Assembly: GCA_964016885.1 (NCBI GenBank)
Contig: OZ024740.1
Coordinates: 122,884,001-122,948,000, forward strand
DNA from: Eledone cirrhosa
Taxonomy: Eukaryota
DNA: 64,000 nt
Reading direction: 5' to 3'
In this document: one piece after another, positions 1 through 12,816 of the stretch
How the letters are laid out: each line of letters begins with the position of its first letter
Numbering within the stretch: the stretch's first letter is position 1
Position numbers and translations under genes: made by a program
Notes under the pieces: model-generated
Told to the model about the DNA's origin: nothing
The model's input: the letters and a program-made list of their open reading frames with translations, nothing else
Database searches by the model: none

Positions 1-2031
1 TAAATAAACCTTCCCTCTCTCTTTTAGCTTGCCAACATGGCCACATTAAGAGTAGGAAGTTTAAATGTTCGCGGGCTGGGGTCACCCTAGAAGCAGAGTC
101 GCCTGCTCAACGACCTCAGGTCACTGGAAATGGATGTGATTGCCGTCAACCAGACCAGAATTTCCGACACGCGCGCACTAGTCCCCATTTTCGACGACTA
201 TCAGATATTCGCATCTGTTAGCAGGCCGTGAATGGGAGTTGGGGTGGAAGTGCTCATTAGGAAAGGACTGGATCTCGAGGTAAGGTCGATCTTCCGGGAG
301 CCGGACGGTAAGTTGGTGGTCTTGGATGTGAGCAGTAGCGAAGGTGGTGCCTTTAGACTGCTGGCCGTCTACGCCCCTACAGGGGCCGGACGACCGGACT
401 TCTTTAGGCGCCTGGAGACATTTCTGGGTACGTCTCGCCCTTTACTGTTAGCGGGGGACTGGAATGGCATATTAGACGCACGCTGGGATTGTGTGGTAGT
501 AGCTGATAGGAGCGGGGGTTGCAAAAGCCTCAAGCACCTACTCAGCCAGTTCCAACTCTCTGACAGGTATCGACTTGTGTTCCCCAATGTGCCAGTATGG
601 ACATGGACCCACCGAATGGGGTCATCTAGACCGTATATAGACAGGATCTTCATTAGGAAAATAGATAGAAATAATGTAGGCTGCCCACTTTTTAAACGGT
701 CGCCTATTCAGATCACAAATTTGGTGGAATCTCAACATGTCATTTCCTGCACGTATGGCTTACAGGGACCGAGTCAACAATTTAGTTAAGCAAAAGTTGA
801 CAGGGGGATCATCAACAACAGATGGATGGTGGTGGTGGTGGTGGGGGGAGGGGGGCTCTCAAAAGAGAGATTAGAGTAACTTTGATAGATTTCAGCAAAG
901 AACTAGCGTTAGAGAAAAATAGAAAGGAAAGGGAGCTGGTAGATAAGTTAGACGAGGCGATTTGTAGTGGCATGGCCACTGACGTGCTAGCGGCGAGAAT
1001 GGCATTAGACCATTTCTTCAGAGCGAAACACGAAGGTTGCATTGTCAGAGCTAAGGCGCGTGCGCTGAGAAACGAGGGAACCAAAGCTGTTCGATGGGCC
1101 CGCGTGGCGGAGGCGCAGCGTGGTAATAAAACCACAATTCGGTCTTTGGCGGACCGAGACGTACACGAGATAAACGATTCCAAGCGGATGTGTGTGGCCT
1201 TTCGCCAGCACTTTGCTCGGTTGTTCGGGGAGAGTGCCGAGTCAGAGAGAGTAGCGGATTCCAGTCCCTACTTTGACGGCTTGCCGCGCATCTCGACGTC
1301 GCTGAGCGCTGCGAAAGGCTGATTACTTCAGCCAAAATTCTGGACGCCCTTGCCGGCTGCATGAGGTGCAAGTCACCCGGTTTGGATGGCCTGCCCTACG
1401 AGCTTTACGTAAATATGCCAGACTTGTTCTCCGACCTCCTCGAAGCACTCTACCTCAACTGGCAGCAGAATGGCAGTATTCCCAGCTATGTGAGCTGGGG
1501 AGTGGTGACGCTGATAAGGAAAGACGGAACAAGAGGGATACATTAGACAACTTCAGGCGAGGATTTGCTTGTCATCGAGGATTTGGTTGGGGAGGTGCAA
1601 ACTTGCGCAATCCCAGCAAGGTCCATACATGACAATCTCCACCTCATGCAATACATCATAGGACGGTATGGTGTAAACCTGGCTTCGGTGGGGCACTGAT
1701 CAATTTAGATCAATCCAAAGCATTCGATAGGGTCGACCATCAGAATCTGGAGTTTGTCCTCAAAGCAGCTGGCTTCTTCAGAAGCTAGATCGCTGCTATG
1801 CACAGCATCACACACTCGGTGGTCAAGGTTAATGGCCACCTCTCGGAACCATTTCGGCTCTCCCGATCGGTCCTCAAGGGTGCCTTCGCTCTTCCCTTCT
1901 GTACGTAGTGACTCTCGAGCATTTACTGCGCAAGCTGGAGCTGTTGCAGGGCATCCCGCTCGAACCGGGAGACGTAAAGGCGGTGTCACCTTATGCGTAC
2001 GACATCACCGTGATGGTGTCGAACACCTCAG
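1..2031 (+). pseudogene. Degenerate L1/Tx1-type LINE ORF2 (APE endonuclease + RT), divergent subfamily, cut by the window edge
   Basis: ATG at 37 gives MATLRVGSLNVRGL. Fragments carry AVYAP, GDWNG, YIDRIF, KSPGLDGLP, DQSKAFDRV and a YADD-like YAYD, with many stops and frameshifts. Confidence 0.9.
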
Positions 2032-3175
2032 CACGTGGAGTGCTCGGCATGCCGCAGCTGATGATGCGCAGACACGAGCTCAGGCTACGACATCACCACC
2101 TCTTCCTCAATGGTGATCAGGTGTGGTCCCCGTTTCCTAGACGCGTCTTTCCCCACCTCGTCTCCTTGACGGAGTTGCAGTCCTGGGTCAAGCGAAGACC
2201 GAGAGGGAGCGCTTGGAGACTAGAATGTTTTCAGGCGCTCACAAACCTCGACCAATCGGGCAATGTGATCGGTGGAAACTCTACCTTGGCGTTCTATAGA
2301 GGATTAGTGGAGAGGAAGTACGACGACGTACTTGGGGAAACTCTAGACGTCGACGAAATCAACTAGCCAATCTCTTCGGAAGAACTTTCGGGCCGGGGCC
2401 TATGGACAATTTCCAGAAATTCCTGGCCTGGAAATGCTACTGAGGAGCTTTGCCATTTCGGGATAAACTCTACAGGCGTGGAAGTGCCGTCAGCGGGCGT
2501 GTCCGAGATTCATGCAGTGCGACGAAACCGTCCTGTACGCACTCGTCCAGTGTCTGAGCATCACTGATTGTGGGTTTATGTCGAACACCTGCTGTCGCGT
2601 GTAGAACGGAACCGGCTATCAGCTGAGTCCATCGTGAGGATTGCCCCACACTTTTCCTTTAGCCGTGAGGGCAGGCAGTTTTTAGCTGTCTGCTGGCCAT
2701 TGCGAAAGAGATAGTATGGTGGACGCGTCTGAAAGGGCTGAAGATGAGCATTTACCTCTTCCGTGATGCCCTGATTAACTTTTTAAAATTTCATTTGGAA
2801 AAGAAAATCAGGGTAGAAAGGGAAGTGGTCGCTTCCGAGCATTTTGTTGAAAGATGGGTGAGAGAGGCAAGAATGGCCCAAGTGAATGGGCCTACTCTGA
2901 GTATGTGCCTGTAAATTGAAGGTGGAAAACAAGGAGAGGGCACTTGCCCTGGTGGTCAGTGTCACCGTGGCTTTTTTTAATGGGCTTTCTCCACAACGGC
3001 CATCGGAAGTGTCCCCCCTATTGGGGAATTTTACATTGTTCCTTTTTTTTTTTTGTTACATCCTCTGTTTTTTTGTTTTTTTACATGCAGAAATGCCCAT
3101 TTGTACCATCCTGTATTGTTCTGTACTGTCCTTAATGTCTCACTTTGTGTAAACCCTTGTGGTTAATAAAGAAAG

Positions 3176-3176
<1 letters not shown>
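2032..3176 (+). mobile_element. 3' part of the young Tx1-like LINE (ORF2 C-terminus, CCHC region, 3' UTR)
   Basis: Closely matches 7910-9030. Ends CCTTGTGGTTAATAAAGAAAGC followed by (ATT)15. Confidence 0.9.

Positions 3177-3221
<45 letters not shown>
3177..3221 (+). repeat. (ATT)15 tract: tail of the first LINE and 5' flank of the next
   Basis: Read directly from the sequence. Confidence 0.98.
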
Positions 3222-3434
3222 GGCGACCTACGTAGTAAATCGTATCATCGTGAGCTCCGCAAAGGTTTGTTATTTTCAGTTGTTCAAAATTGCCACTCAT
3301 GGAAAATTTTATTGTTAACTGTATATAAGTGCACATACATTGTTATCTGAAAAGGACACCCAAAAAGATTGGGGTCTTGAGCCCAAAATTTAAACTTTTA
3401 TAATTATCAAACAAAAATTTGTCTTTGAAATATC

Positions 3435-5400
3435 ATGGCTGACTCAGAGTCACTCCTTTCTCACAAACTAAAACCTCAGACCGACACCACCATTGTAAAT
3501 ATTACTACGTTTGCCAACACTAAAAATATAAGCAGTAGCAATATTTTAAATTTGTCTCAGGCAGACATTCATTTCCCGCCATTACCAATGACTGCAGGTG
3601 TTAAAGCCGCCACCACCACCACCACCGCGACAACCACCACCCCACCACCACCGCGACAACCACCACCCCACCACCACCGCGACAACAGAAACAAAACAAA
3701 AACATAAATTAACTCGTGATATCGAAATGAATTCAGCCAAAATGAACTCTTCCAAAATGAACTCACCGAACACCACTGACGCCACCACCACCACAACTGA
3801 AACTAAAATTAATACTAACAAAAATAACGATAACAACAATAGCAACAATGACATTAAAAAAACCACCCTGAGTTTTTCCAGAGTAGCAAAACAGTGCGAA
3901 GCATTCCAGGTAACTCAGGAGGAATTAGAAGAAGCCAAAAAAATGGTAAAGAAAGATGGGTACATTGTCAGCCCCCCCCCCCCCCCCCCCCCAATAAAAT
4001 GGAGCATCGGCGCCTATGCACCGTGTCTTATCGAACAATTAATATAAAATCGCGCCGACTGGAACGGGCATCCGAGTCCCAAATTCAAAAACCTTTAGGA
4101 CATGTGTGGGCAAAAAAAACCCACATCAGACGTGGACAGAAGTATGGAACCGTGGACGTGTTCTTTGAAACACCACAGGAGGCTAGAGAACACTCCATGG
4201 CCCCATTAAGAAGTGACGACTTCACACTCGTCCCAAGCTATTGTGGCCAGAGACTCGTAAAGATCAGGGTGACCCACGTTCTACCGGCCATCGAAATTCC
4301 CTGGCTAATAGCTGCCGTCCTCGCCAGCATCGAAGCTAACACCAAGATAATCGAAATAGCGTAAGAAAAAGCAGGAGAACTGGTCCGGATCTGGGATGGG
4401 GCTCCTGATCCAAGCGGACCAAAAAGCATTGAGGAGATCCCAGAGGTAATAGACCTCACTGACGGCAGCGACCTCACCGTAATTGTCGAGGGCAGAAGGC
4501 CTAGGTGTGTCGTTTGTGCTGAAGGAACCCACCTAAGGGTTTCTGCCCTCAGGCTAAAAGGTTGAGGCCACCTCTCCTACCCACCCCAGTGACTCAACCA
4601 TCAACACCACCAGCAGCAGAGATGGCAGCAACAACTGTAGCAGCAACAACAGAAGCAACTGTAACAGCAACAACCCCAGCAACAATAGCAAAACCAACAC
4701 CACCACCACACAACGCGCCAGAACTAGCACCAGCGCCTACACCATCCACCACGCCACAACCAAAACTAACGCCTGTGGAGGATTCTCCACTCCCCGGCCT
4801 ATCACAACTGGAGACAGATTGTGACGACGTGGAGTGGGAAACGGTATCAGGAAAAAAGAAAAAAAAGAAACCCAAAAAGAAAAAATTCTCTTCCTTCCCC
4901 CTCCAAAAACAAAATACAAAGGGAAACAAATAAATTACCAAACAAAAAAGTTAGGACAGATATGCCACCATCCACACCAGCATCACCAACCCCATCACCC
5001 CAAACACTAACACCATCGCCATCATTAACCCAACACCACCATCACAAAAGTCACCAAAAAGCGAAACAGTAACAAACGCAAACAAAACAAAACAACCAAA
5101 ACGATACTCACTACACAGCATTAAATTTGAACAACAAGCAATTATTACACTACATCCAACACAACACCAGCATCACAGAAAAAGACTACACAACAACCCA
5201 AAAGTTCACACCACCTACACATACAAATCACTCGCATCACACAGAAAACGTACATGACACTAAAACAAAAATTCCCCAAAGACATCGGAGACTTCCGACA
5301 AGCACTCTCCAGGAGGATTTATAAGGAAATCCTTCCTGAGGAGGCCACAAGCAGTGAAAAGGATGGAGAAACCGTCCTTCCTCTACGAGAAGTAAGGTAA
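3435..5400 (+). pseudogene. Tx1-like ORF1 (gag-like, RRM-like region and CCHC zinc knuckle, Pro/Thr-rich), frameshifted
   Basis: Split over ORFs 3435-3707, 3598-4047, 3894-4364, 4562-4933 and later fragments. Knuckle CVVCAEGTHLRxxC lies near 4505-4550. Poly-C slippage at 3972-3992. Colinear with 26622-28341. Confidence 0.8.
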
Positions 5401-5434
5401 GTGGTCTTTCCCATCTTTTCCACTCCATTTCAAC

Positions 5435-8400
5435 ATGACCTCTCTCAGAATAGGCAGCATAAATGCGCGTGGCTTGGGGTCGTCATGGAAACAGGGCCAC
5501 CTGCTCAACGACCTCAGGTCACTAAACATAGATGTAGTGGCCATAAGCGAGACCAGAATCTCCGAAGCACGGGCCTTCGCACCGATCATCGGCGGCTACG
5601 ATGTGTACGCATCTCCCAGCCATCGGGGGTGGAGTAGCTGTGCTTTTTCGGAGAGGTTTGGGTCTTGCCATACGAGCCATCTTCGTGGACCCAGAAGGTA
5701 AGTTGGTGGTGCTGGACGTGACCAGCGGAGACGGGCAACCTTTTAGGTTAGTGGCCGTCTATGCCCCGACAAGAGCAGGGCGGCATGATTTCTTCCGGCG
5801 TCTGGAGACCTTTCTTGGAACGTCCCGCTCTTTAGTGTTAGTGGGCGACTGGAACGGGATCTTAGATGCACGCTGGGATTGTCTGGGATTAGTGGATAGG
5901 GGAGGAGCGTGCAAGAGTCTTAGCAACCTGCTCAGGCGTTTTGAACTGTCTGACAGTTACCGATTGGATTTCCCGAATGTGCCAATGTGGACTTGGACAA
6001 ATCGTATTGGGTCATCCAGATCATATCTAGATAGAGTATTTTGTAGGGAAATAGATAGGTCTAGCATAGGCTGTCCACAATTCAAGATAGTCAGCTACAT
6101 GGACCACAAATTCGTGATCTGTGTGCTTGACTTAGATAGGCTTCATAGACGAGGACCCGGCTACTGGAAGCTAAACGCTTCCTTACCAACGCGCAAAGCC
6201 TACAGAGACCGGATTAGCGAACTAGTTAAGCGAGCGTTGACGGGGGCCATCGTCAACAACAATGTGGTGGTTTGCTCTGAAAAGAGCAATTAGAATAGAG
6301 TGCATTAGGTTTAGTAATGCTTTAGCAGTAGAGAAAAATAGAGCAGAGGGAGAATTAGTTAGAAAATTAGACGGGGGCGCTTAGCAAAGGCATCGCGACC
6401 GACGTACTTGCGGCGAAATTGGCCCTTGACCAATTCTTCAATGCAAAGAACGAAGGCTGCGTTGTCAGAGCTAGGGTGCATGCTCTCAGACACGAGGGGA
6501 CGAAAGCCGTTCAATGGGCCCGAGTGGCGGAGGCGCGTTGTGGCAACAAAGCCACGATCCGGTCTTTGGTGGACCACGACGGGCGCATGCTACTCGATCC
6601 CGGGAAAATGTGTGAAGCTTTTCAGCGACACTTCGCACAGCTGTTCGGGGGCAGCGGCGGGCCGGATCAACGGATGGACTTTAGTGTCTACCTCGACGGA
6701 CTTCCGCTGCTCTCGGCCACTGAGGCGGAGTGTTGCGAAAAGCCGATAACAGCCGCTGCAGTAGGGGAGGCAATGACTGGCTGCACAAAGGGTAAATCGC
6801 CTGGTTTGGATGGTCTGCCCTATAAACTTTACGTACAGATGCCAGACTTGTTCGGATGCCTCTTGTCGGACGTCTACTGCCACTGGCAACAGAACGGTAG
6901 AATTCCTAGCTCTGTGAGCCGAGGAGCTGGGGCACTGCTGAGAAAGGATCCGAACAAGGGGGATAACATAGATAATTTCAGGCCCATAACTCTGCTAAAC
7001 ACAGAGTTCAAGATTTTGGCCAAGGTGCTAGCACAGAGGTTGGCGCTTCTCGTTGGTGGTCTGGTGGGAGAGGCGCTACATCGTAGAGAGAGTAGCTAGG
7101 GAAACTGGCACGGGTGGGTCCTTGATCAATTTAGATCAGTCGAAAGCTTTCGATAGGGTCGACCATCGTTACCTAGTGGCAGTCCTGAGGGCAGCTGGCT
7201 TTGGGCCCGTCTTCAGTGGCTGGATCGCTGTCATGCACAGCGACATCTGCTCTGTGGTGAGAGTGAACGGTCACCTTTCGGAAACGTTCAACATCATGCG
7301 CTCGGTCCGCCAAGGATGTCCCCTCTCGTCCCTCTTATACGTATTGACTCTCAAGCCACTACTGCACAAACTGGAGACGTTGAGGGGGGTCCTGCGCGAA
7401 CTAGGATGCGGAAAATCCGTGTCAGCATATGCGGACGATGTCACCGTATTGGTGTCGAACGCCAAACACATCGAGGCGATTGGCACTACACTAAGAGAAT
7501 ACGAAGCGGTGCCAGGAGCAATGATCAACCAGGAAAAGTCAGTAGGCCTGCAGCTCGGCACCTGGAGAGGCAGGTCCATGCCGTCCAACAGCGTCGTCGG
7601 GCGCTGGACGGACGGATCGGTTAAATTGCTAGGAGTCTGGTTCGGTCCGGACCTCCAGACGGACATAAACTGGGACGAGGTGACGAGCAGGGTGGCTTCT
7701 CTCACCCAGAAATGGGCGGACAGGAAGCTATCCCTGAAAAGTCGAGCGGAGGTGGCTAACGCGTACATCGCGTCCGTCATCTACTACCGCCTGACCGTCG
7801 TGCCTTGCGCTAAGCCCCGCCTGACTGCGCTGGAGCGTTTGCTCTTTCGCTTTTTGTGGAAGGGACGTGCTCCGATGGTCAGCCGGTACATCTGCTGTCA
7901 ACACCCGCTACGTGGAGAGCTGGGCATGCCGTGGCTGATGATGCCCAGACACGCGCTCAGGCTACGACATCTCCACCTCTTCCTCGACGGTGATCAGGTG
8001 TGGTCGCCGTTTGCTAGACACGTTTTTCCCCAGCTTGTCTCCTTGACGGAGCTGCAGTCCTGGGTCAAGCGAAGACCGAGAGGGAGCGCTTGGAGACTGG
8101 AATGTCTTCAGGCGCTCACAGCCATCGACCAATTGGGCAATGTGATCGGTGGAAACTCCACCTGTGCGTTCTATAGAGGATTAGTGGAGGGGAAGAGCGA
8201 CGACGTACTTGGAGAAACTCTAGGCGTCGACGAAAATCAACTAGCCAATCTCTTCGGAAGGACTTTCGGGCTGGGGCCTATGGACAACTTCCAGAAATCC
8301 CTGGCCTGGCAGTGCTACTGAGGAGCTTTGCCAGTTTGGGATAAACTCTACAGGCATGGAGGTGCTGTCAGCCGGGCACGTCCGAGATGCGCGCAGGGCG

Positions 8401-8791
8401 ACGAAACCGTCCTGCACGCACTCGTCCAGTGTCCGACCATTACTGTTGTGGGGTTATGTCGAACACCTGCTGTCACATGTAGGACGATCCAGCTATCAGC
8501 TGAGTCCATCGTGAGGATTGCCCTCCCCTCTTCCTTTAGCTGGGAAGGGCAGGCAGTTTTTATCTGTCTGGTGGCCATGGCGAAATGGATAGTATGGTGG
8601 ACACGTTTGAAAGGGATGAAGACGAGGACTTACCTCTTCGGTGATGCCCTGATTAACTTTTTCAAATTTCATTTGAAAAGGAAAATAGGGTAGAGAGGGA
8701 AGTGCTCTCTTCCCAGCATTTTGTTGAAAGATGGGTGAGAGAAGCAAGTATGGCCCGAGTGAATGGGCCTACTCTGAGTATGTGTCTGTAA
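5435..8791 (+). pseudogene. Tx1-like ORF2 (APE endonuclease, RT, C-terminal zinc finger), frameshifted
   Basis: Motifs SINARGL, ISETR, VYAP, GDWNG, YLDR, DHK, GYWKLNAS, KSPGLDG, NFRPITLLN, DQSKAFDRV, RQGCPLS, AYADD and RCAQGDETVLHALVQC. Confidence 0.93.
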
Positions 8792-9060
8792 ATTAAAGGT
8801 GGAAAACTGGGAGAGGGCACTTGACTTGGTGGTCAGGGTCACTGTGGCCTTTTACTGGGCTTTCTCCACAAATATCCCTCCGAAGTCTCCCCCCTATTGG
8901 GGAATTTTTCATTGTTATTTTTTTGTTACAACCTTTGTTTTTGTTTTTACACGCAGAAATGCCCATTTGTACCATCCTGTATTGTCCTTAATGTCTTCTT
9001 TATGTAAACCCTGTGGTTAATAAAGAAATCATTATTATTATTATTATTATTGTTGTTATT

Positions 9061-9292
9061 CCTTGAATCTCAGTCATTGATGTTGGTTAACTGGAAAGTC
9101 CGTTGGATTGAATATCAAGCCACTACCTGCAGCCTCAGATATTCAGGACGTATCGGAGGGTTCTTGCTGTTCCAAGCAAGCATGCCTTTTGAAGCGTTCC
9201 AAAAAGCGTGAAGGGGCCGATTTTCTTTAACCATCCCTGGAAACTTTTGGAGATAGTCCCCAGTGCGCCTATGACAATCGGGATCACTTTGA

Positions 9293-9294
<2 letters not shown>
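9061..9294 (-). mobile_element. 5'-truncated R4/Dong-like LINE 3' end (restriction-like endonuclease C-terminus + 3' UTR)
   Basis: Minus strand reads IKVIPIVIGALGTISKSFQGWLKK...LQKACLLGTARTLRYVLNI*. Same family as 28766-29183. (ATT)n on both sides. Confidence 0.85.
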
Positions 9295-9339
<45 letters not shown>

Positions 9340-10474
9340 TTCTCTTCTTTACAACTTTAGCTGTTACTGCTGGTTACTTAGGACTCCACTTCAGGCATAA
9401 CATAAGATTAAGACATGGGTAAAACTGGCTCATCTATCATTTCATAGACTGACCCTTTTGAAGAATATATGCTGTCCCTAAAAGCACAGATTTTTTCAAG
9501 TGGTTGAAGAAATCTGATGGGATTCAGCTGTAATACCGCTTCTATGTGCTTTTTCTAAACAACTGACTAGCTCATTATCTACTCTCCAGTTCTCTGTAAC
9601 CAACTCTTTGCTGAGACTCATCAATGCTGCTCTAATTTTTCTCTGTTGTTTATGACAGTCCCCATTTATTCCTATTTGATTAGTTCACTAAAACTGACCC
9701 TGAATTATTTCCATGCTAAGAAGCATGTATTCCATTTCCAGTACCAAGTGCTCTGTCTATTAATTTGTCCTGAACTAACTGTACAGGTCACACATTTGAG
9801 ATCTACTACCTGAAACTGTGGAGAACTTTTGTTGAAATCTTCTAAAGAAGTTCTATACATATCTCAATTCGAAATTTCACAATCCATGTTAATGGCCACA
9901 GGGCACCCACTACTGCTGATACTACTACTACCACCACCAACACCTCCACCTACTATAGTAACAGTTAAAAGATGTGTATTGTAATTGCTGGCTGACAGTG
10001 TATGTAATAAACTCACCCATGTAAAACATCTACCAACATTGTGTTTAAAAGTATCAAAAGAAAAAATATTAACAAGAAGCAATGTTTAAAGAAACACATG
10101 TATACATTACATGTATACATTTGTAAAAAATGTTCTTTCATTCTAACAAAAAATAAATGAAGTATTGTGTGTGCGTGTCGAGTGATAAATTGCTGTTAGA
10201 TAGAAACAATTGTGCACATACATCACGCAGTAAAGCTAACATGGAAGTGAATAAAAAAAATATAACTCAAGCAAAAGTAAACAATTGCCTTATTCAAAAT
10301 GTATTTAAGGTTTTGTATAAATAAATAACAGAAGGAAGGCTTCAATCACAATCACAAGTAATTCAGTATTCCTCCAAAACGAGTCATTTCAAAAAATTCA
10401 ACATCCTGTCTTCAAAATCCCCAAAGTAAAAATATATGAAACAAATACCAAATAGATGAGTTTTTTTGTTCTTT

Positions 10475-10727
10475 TACTTGTTTTACTTGTTTCAGTCAAA
10501 GTGGTACACCAGCATAGCCACAGTCATTAAACTGTAGCCATACTGGGTACCACTTTTAAAGGATTTAGTCGATCATATTGACCCCAGTCTAGTACTTTTT
10601 TTATTGATCTCTTTTTGTCAAACCTTTCGGTTATGTGAAGATAAACAAATATCAAATATGGAGATGCACACAGACACACATGCAAGCACACATGCAAACA
10701 TATATACATACACACACACACAGACAC

Positions 10728-10812
<85 letters not shown>

Positions 10813-10945
10813 GCTTTGTCTATAAAATTTTACTGACAAGGCTTTGATCAACTGAAAGCTATGGTAGAAGACACTTGCCTAAGGTGCCATGCAGTGTAAC
10901 TGAACCTGAGATCTCACAGTTTCAAAGTGACCTCTTTCTGCCTGT
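10475..10945 (-). mobile_element. Degenerate SINE of a second family with internal (CA)n/(TA)n microsatellite
   Basis: Head segment (GCACCTTAGGCAAGTGTCTTCTAC on the minus strand) matches the + strand copy at ~22195-22216. (TA)n at 10728-10806. Confidence 0.6.
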
Positions 10946-11079
10946 ATATATATATGTGGAACAGGTTTTCATTACATGCTCATACTATATGACATCTTAG
11001 TGTATTCAGATAAATGGTGTTAAGCCAAAGCCATTCAATGTAGATATCAGACAAAACCAAAGGCATGTCCTGTTCACAA

Positions 11080-11870
11080 TCTTCATAACCAGAATTGACA
11101 TGAGAATTCAGGCTGGAAGTGGTATCAATATCAGCAGATGTAAGATCAGTCAACTGGATTTTGCAAATGACATCATGCTATTTAACATATCAGAAGGTGA
11201 TCTCTGGCATGCATTGGATAGGTTTGCTGCCGAGTGATGTATGGCTGGAATGAAAATCAGTGCTGTGATGGCTGAGACATTCATTCTCTCAAAAAAGGCT
11301 GCACACTGCATTTTGCATGTAAATGAAGTTACACAGAAGCAGGTGGAATTCAAGTATCTATTGGTTATTTTCATGAATGATAGAGGGTAGAAGGCTGAAT
11401 TAAAACAAGATTTATTTGAACACGTGCAGTCATGAGCAAGCTTCAGTAGACCATCATTAGAAGAAGGGAGGTAGGTGTAAATGCCAAACTCACAATCTTC
11501 AATTTGGTGATCTTGCTTGCACTTACATATGAACATAAATAATGAGTAATGACTAAAAAATACATATGGAATTCCCCTGAAGGGTCTTTGAAGTAACGTT
11601 ACTTGATAGTGTGCATAGCCCAAAGGTGAGAAAGGAAATCTATGTAAAGCCCCTATTTCTCTGAATAAAGAGATCACAACTCCAATACTAGAATCTCAAA
11701 TGGAACAATCGCAGGACAGAGAGATTTAACTGGCAAGGCAAGATCGTTCTATAACATCCATAAGCTTCGTTGGTTACACTTGGGAATACAGCTGGAGCAT
11801 GAGAAGACATTTGCTACTGATAGAACTTTCTGGAATGCAAGTCTGAGAACTCTGTCTCCATGATCCGAAG
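11080..11870 (+). pseudogene. Old RTE-clade RT relic (second RTE family)
   Basis: LDFANDIMLF (YADD equivalent). Homologous to 41150-41950 and 51790-52080. Confidence 0.7.
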
Positions 11871-12816
11871 GTAGTTAGGTGAAAAATAAATTATCTGAGC
11901 TTGGCCTTTGTTGAGACTAATAACAGTTATCTGGTTTGCACATATGAAAATATTTACCTAAGCTATTATAATACTAAATACAATTAAAAAATAATCTTTA
12001 TTTCAGATTGATCAATCCATATTTATAAAATGAAAATGTTTGAATAGAATGTAATCAGTAAGCAGAGTTAAAACACTTATGACTTGTACAGAAACATGCA
12101 TATAGCAAGAATTTATTTGACTGTAACATTTTAATCGACCAATGGAATTATGAACTTCAAGATATTCCTCATAATTATTGATTTGTAGTTTTGATATATG
12201 ATTTTGATAGCTTCCTTAATATGCACATCTCCAATATTCTATCAATAGTTATAATAAAAATTGTAACATCCATATGTTACTGGGAGCCTTTATGTCTCTT
12301 AATTGATGAAGTTTTCACACTTATATGTTTAAATATATATCTATGTTAAACTTGCTATATCTTTTACCTTTAATAAAATGAAAGTATCAGGAGAGTTCTA
12401 AAGCTTTTCACAGTTTATATTCATTGCCACAATTAGTGAGTACTTCAATTGCACCTGATTGGAGAGAGAATTTTGACCAAGTTGAATCTTCTTAGCTTTG
12501 ATATATACAAGGTCATGGTCTATCATCTATTGTATTATAACCCCTCTCTTTCTCACTCTCTCTCTATATATATATATCTATACACGTTCACTAGCTTCAT
12601 TAGACTGTGGCACCACCTTTAAGAATATAAATAAATCTAATTGCACAATACGTTTAACATTGAGTTCTGTTCTTTCTTGTTTCAACTACTATATCCACCC
12701 AGATACACTGTTCCCTCTCACAGACCCTGGACACACACATGTATGTAAGTATATGTGTGAGTATAGATACATCTTGTAAGTATGACTTAGCAAAATATGC
12801 AAACATTGTTTGCACA

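Larger units (their letters stand above)
3222..9030 (+). mobile_element. Full-length (~5.8 kb) L1/Tx1-type non-LTR retrotransposon, inactivated
   Basis: 5' end GGCGACCTACGTAGTAAATCG is identical to the reverse-strand copy ending at 28552. It has ORF1, ORF2, a 3' UTR with AATAAA and an (ATT)n tail at 9031-9060. Confidence 0.93.

Noticed and set aside
8312-8327. Shared TGA stop (CY*GA) in Tx1 copies at 2441 and 8319
   Set aside because: The third copy has TGG. All are explained by CpG decay of an Arg codon (CGA/CGG), so this is likely parallel mutation, not recoding.
10604-10851. ORFs rich in YI/HT/CV repeats (also 52653-53004, 56345-56991, 62063-62369)
   Set aside because: These are translations of (TA)n/(CA)n microsatellites with no coding signal.
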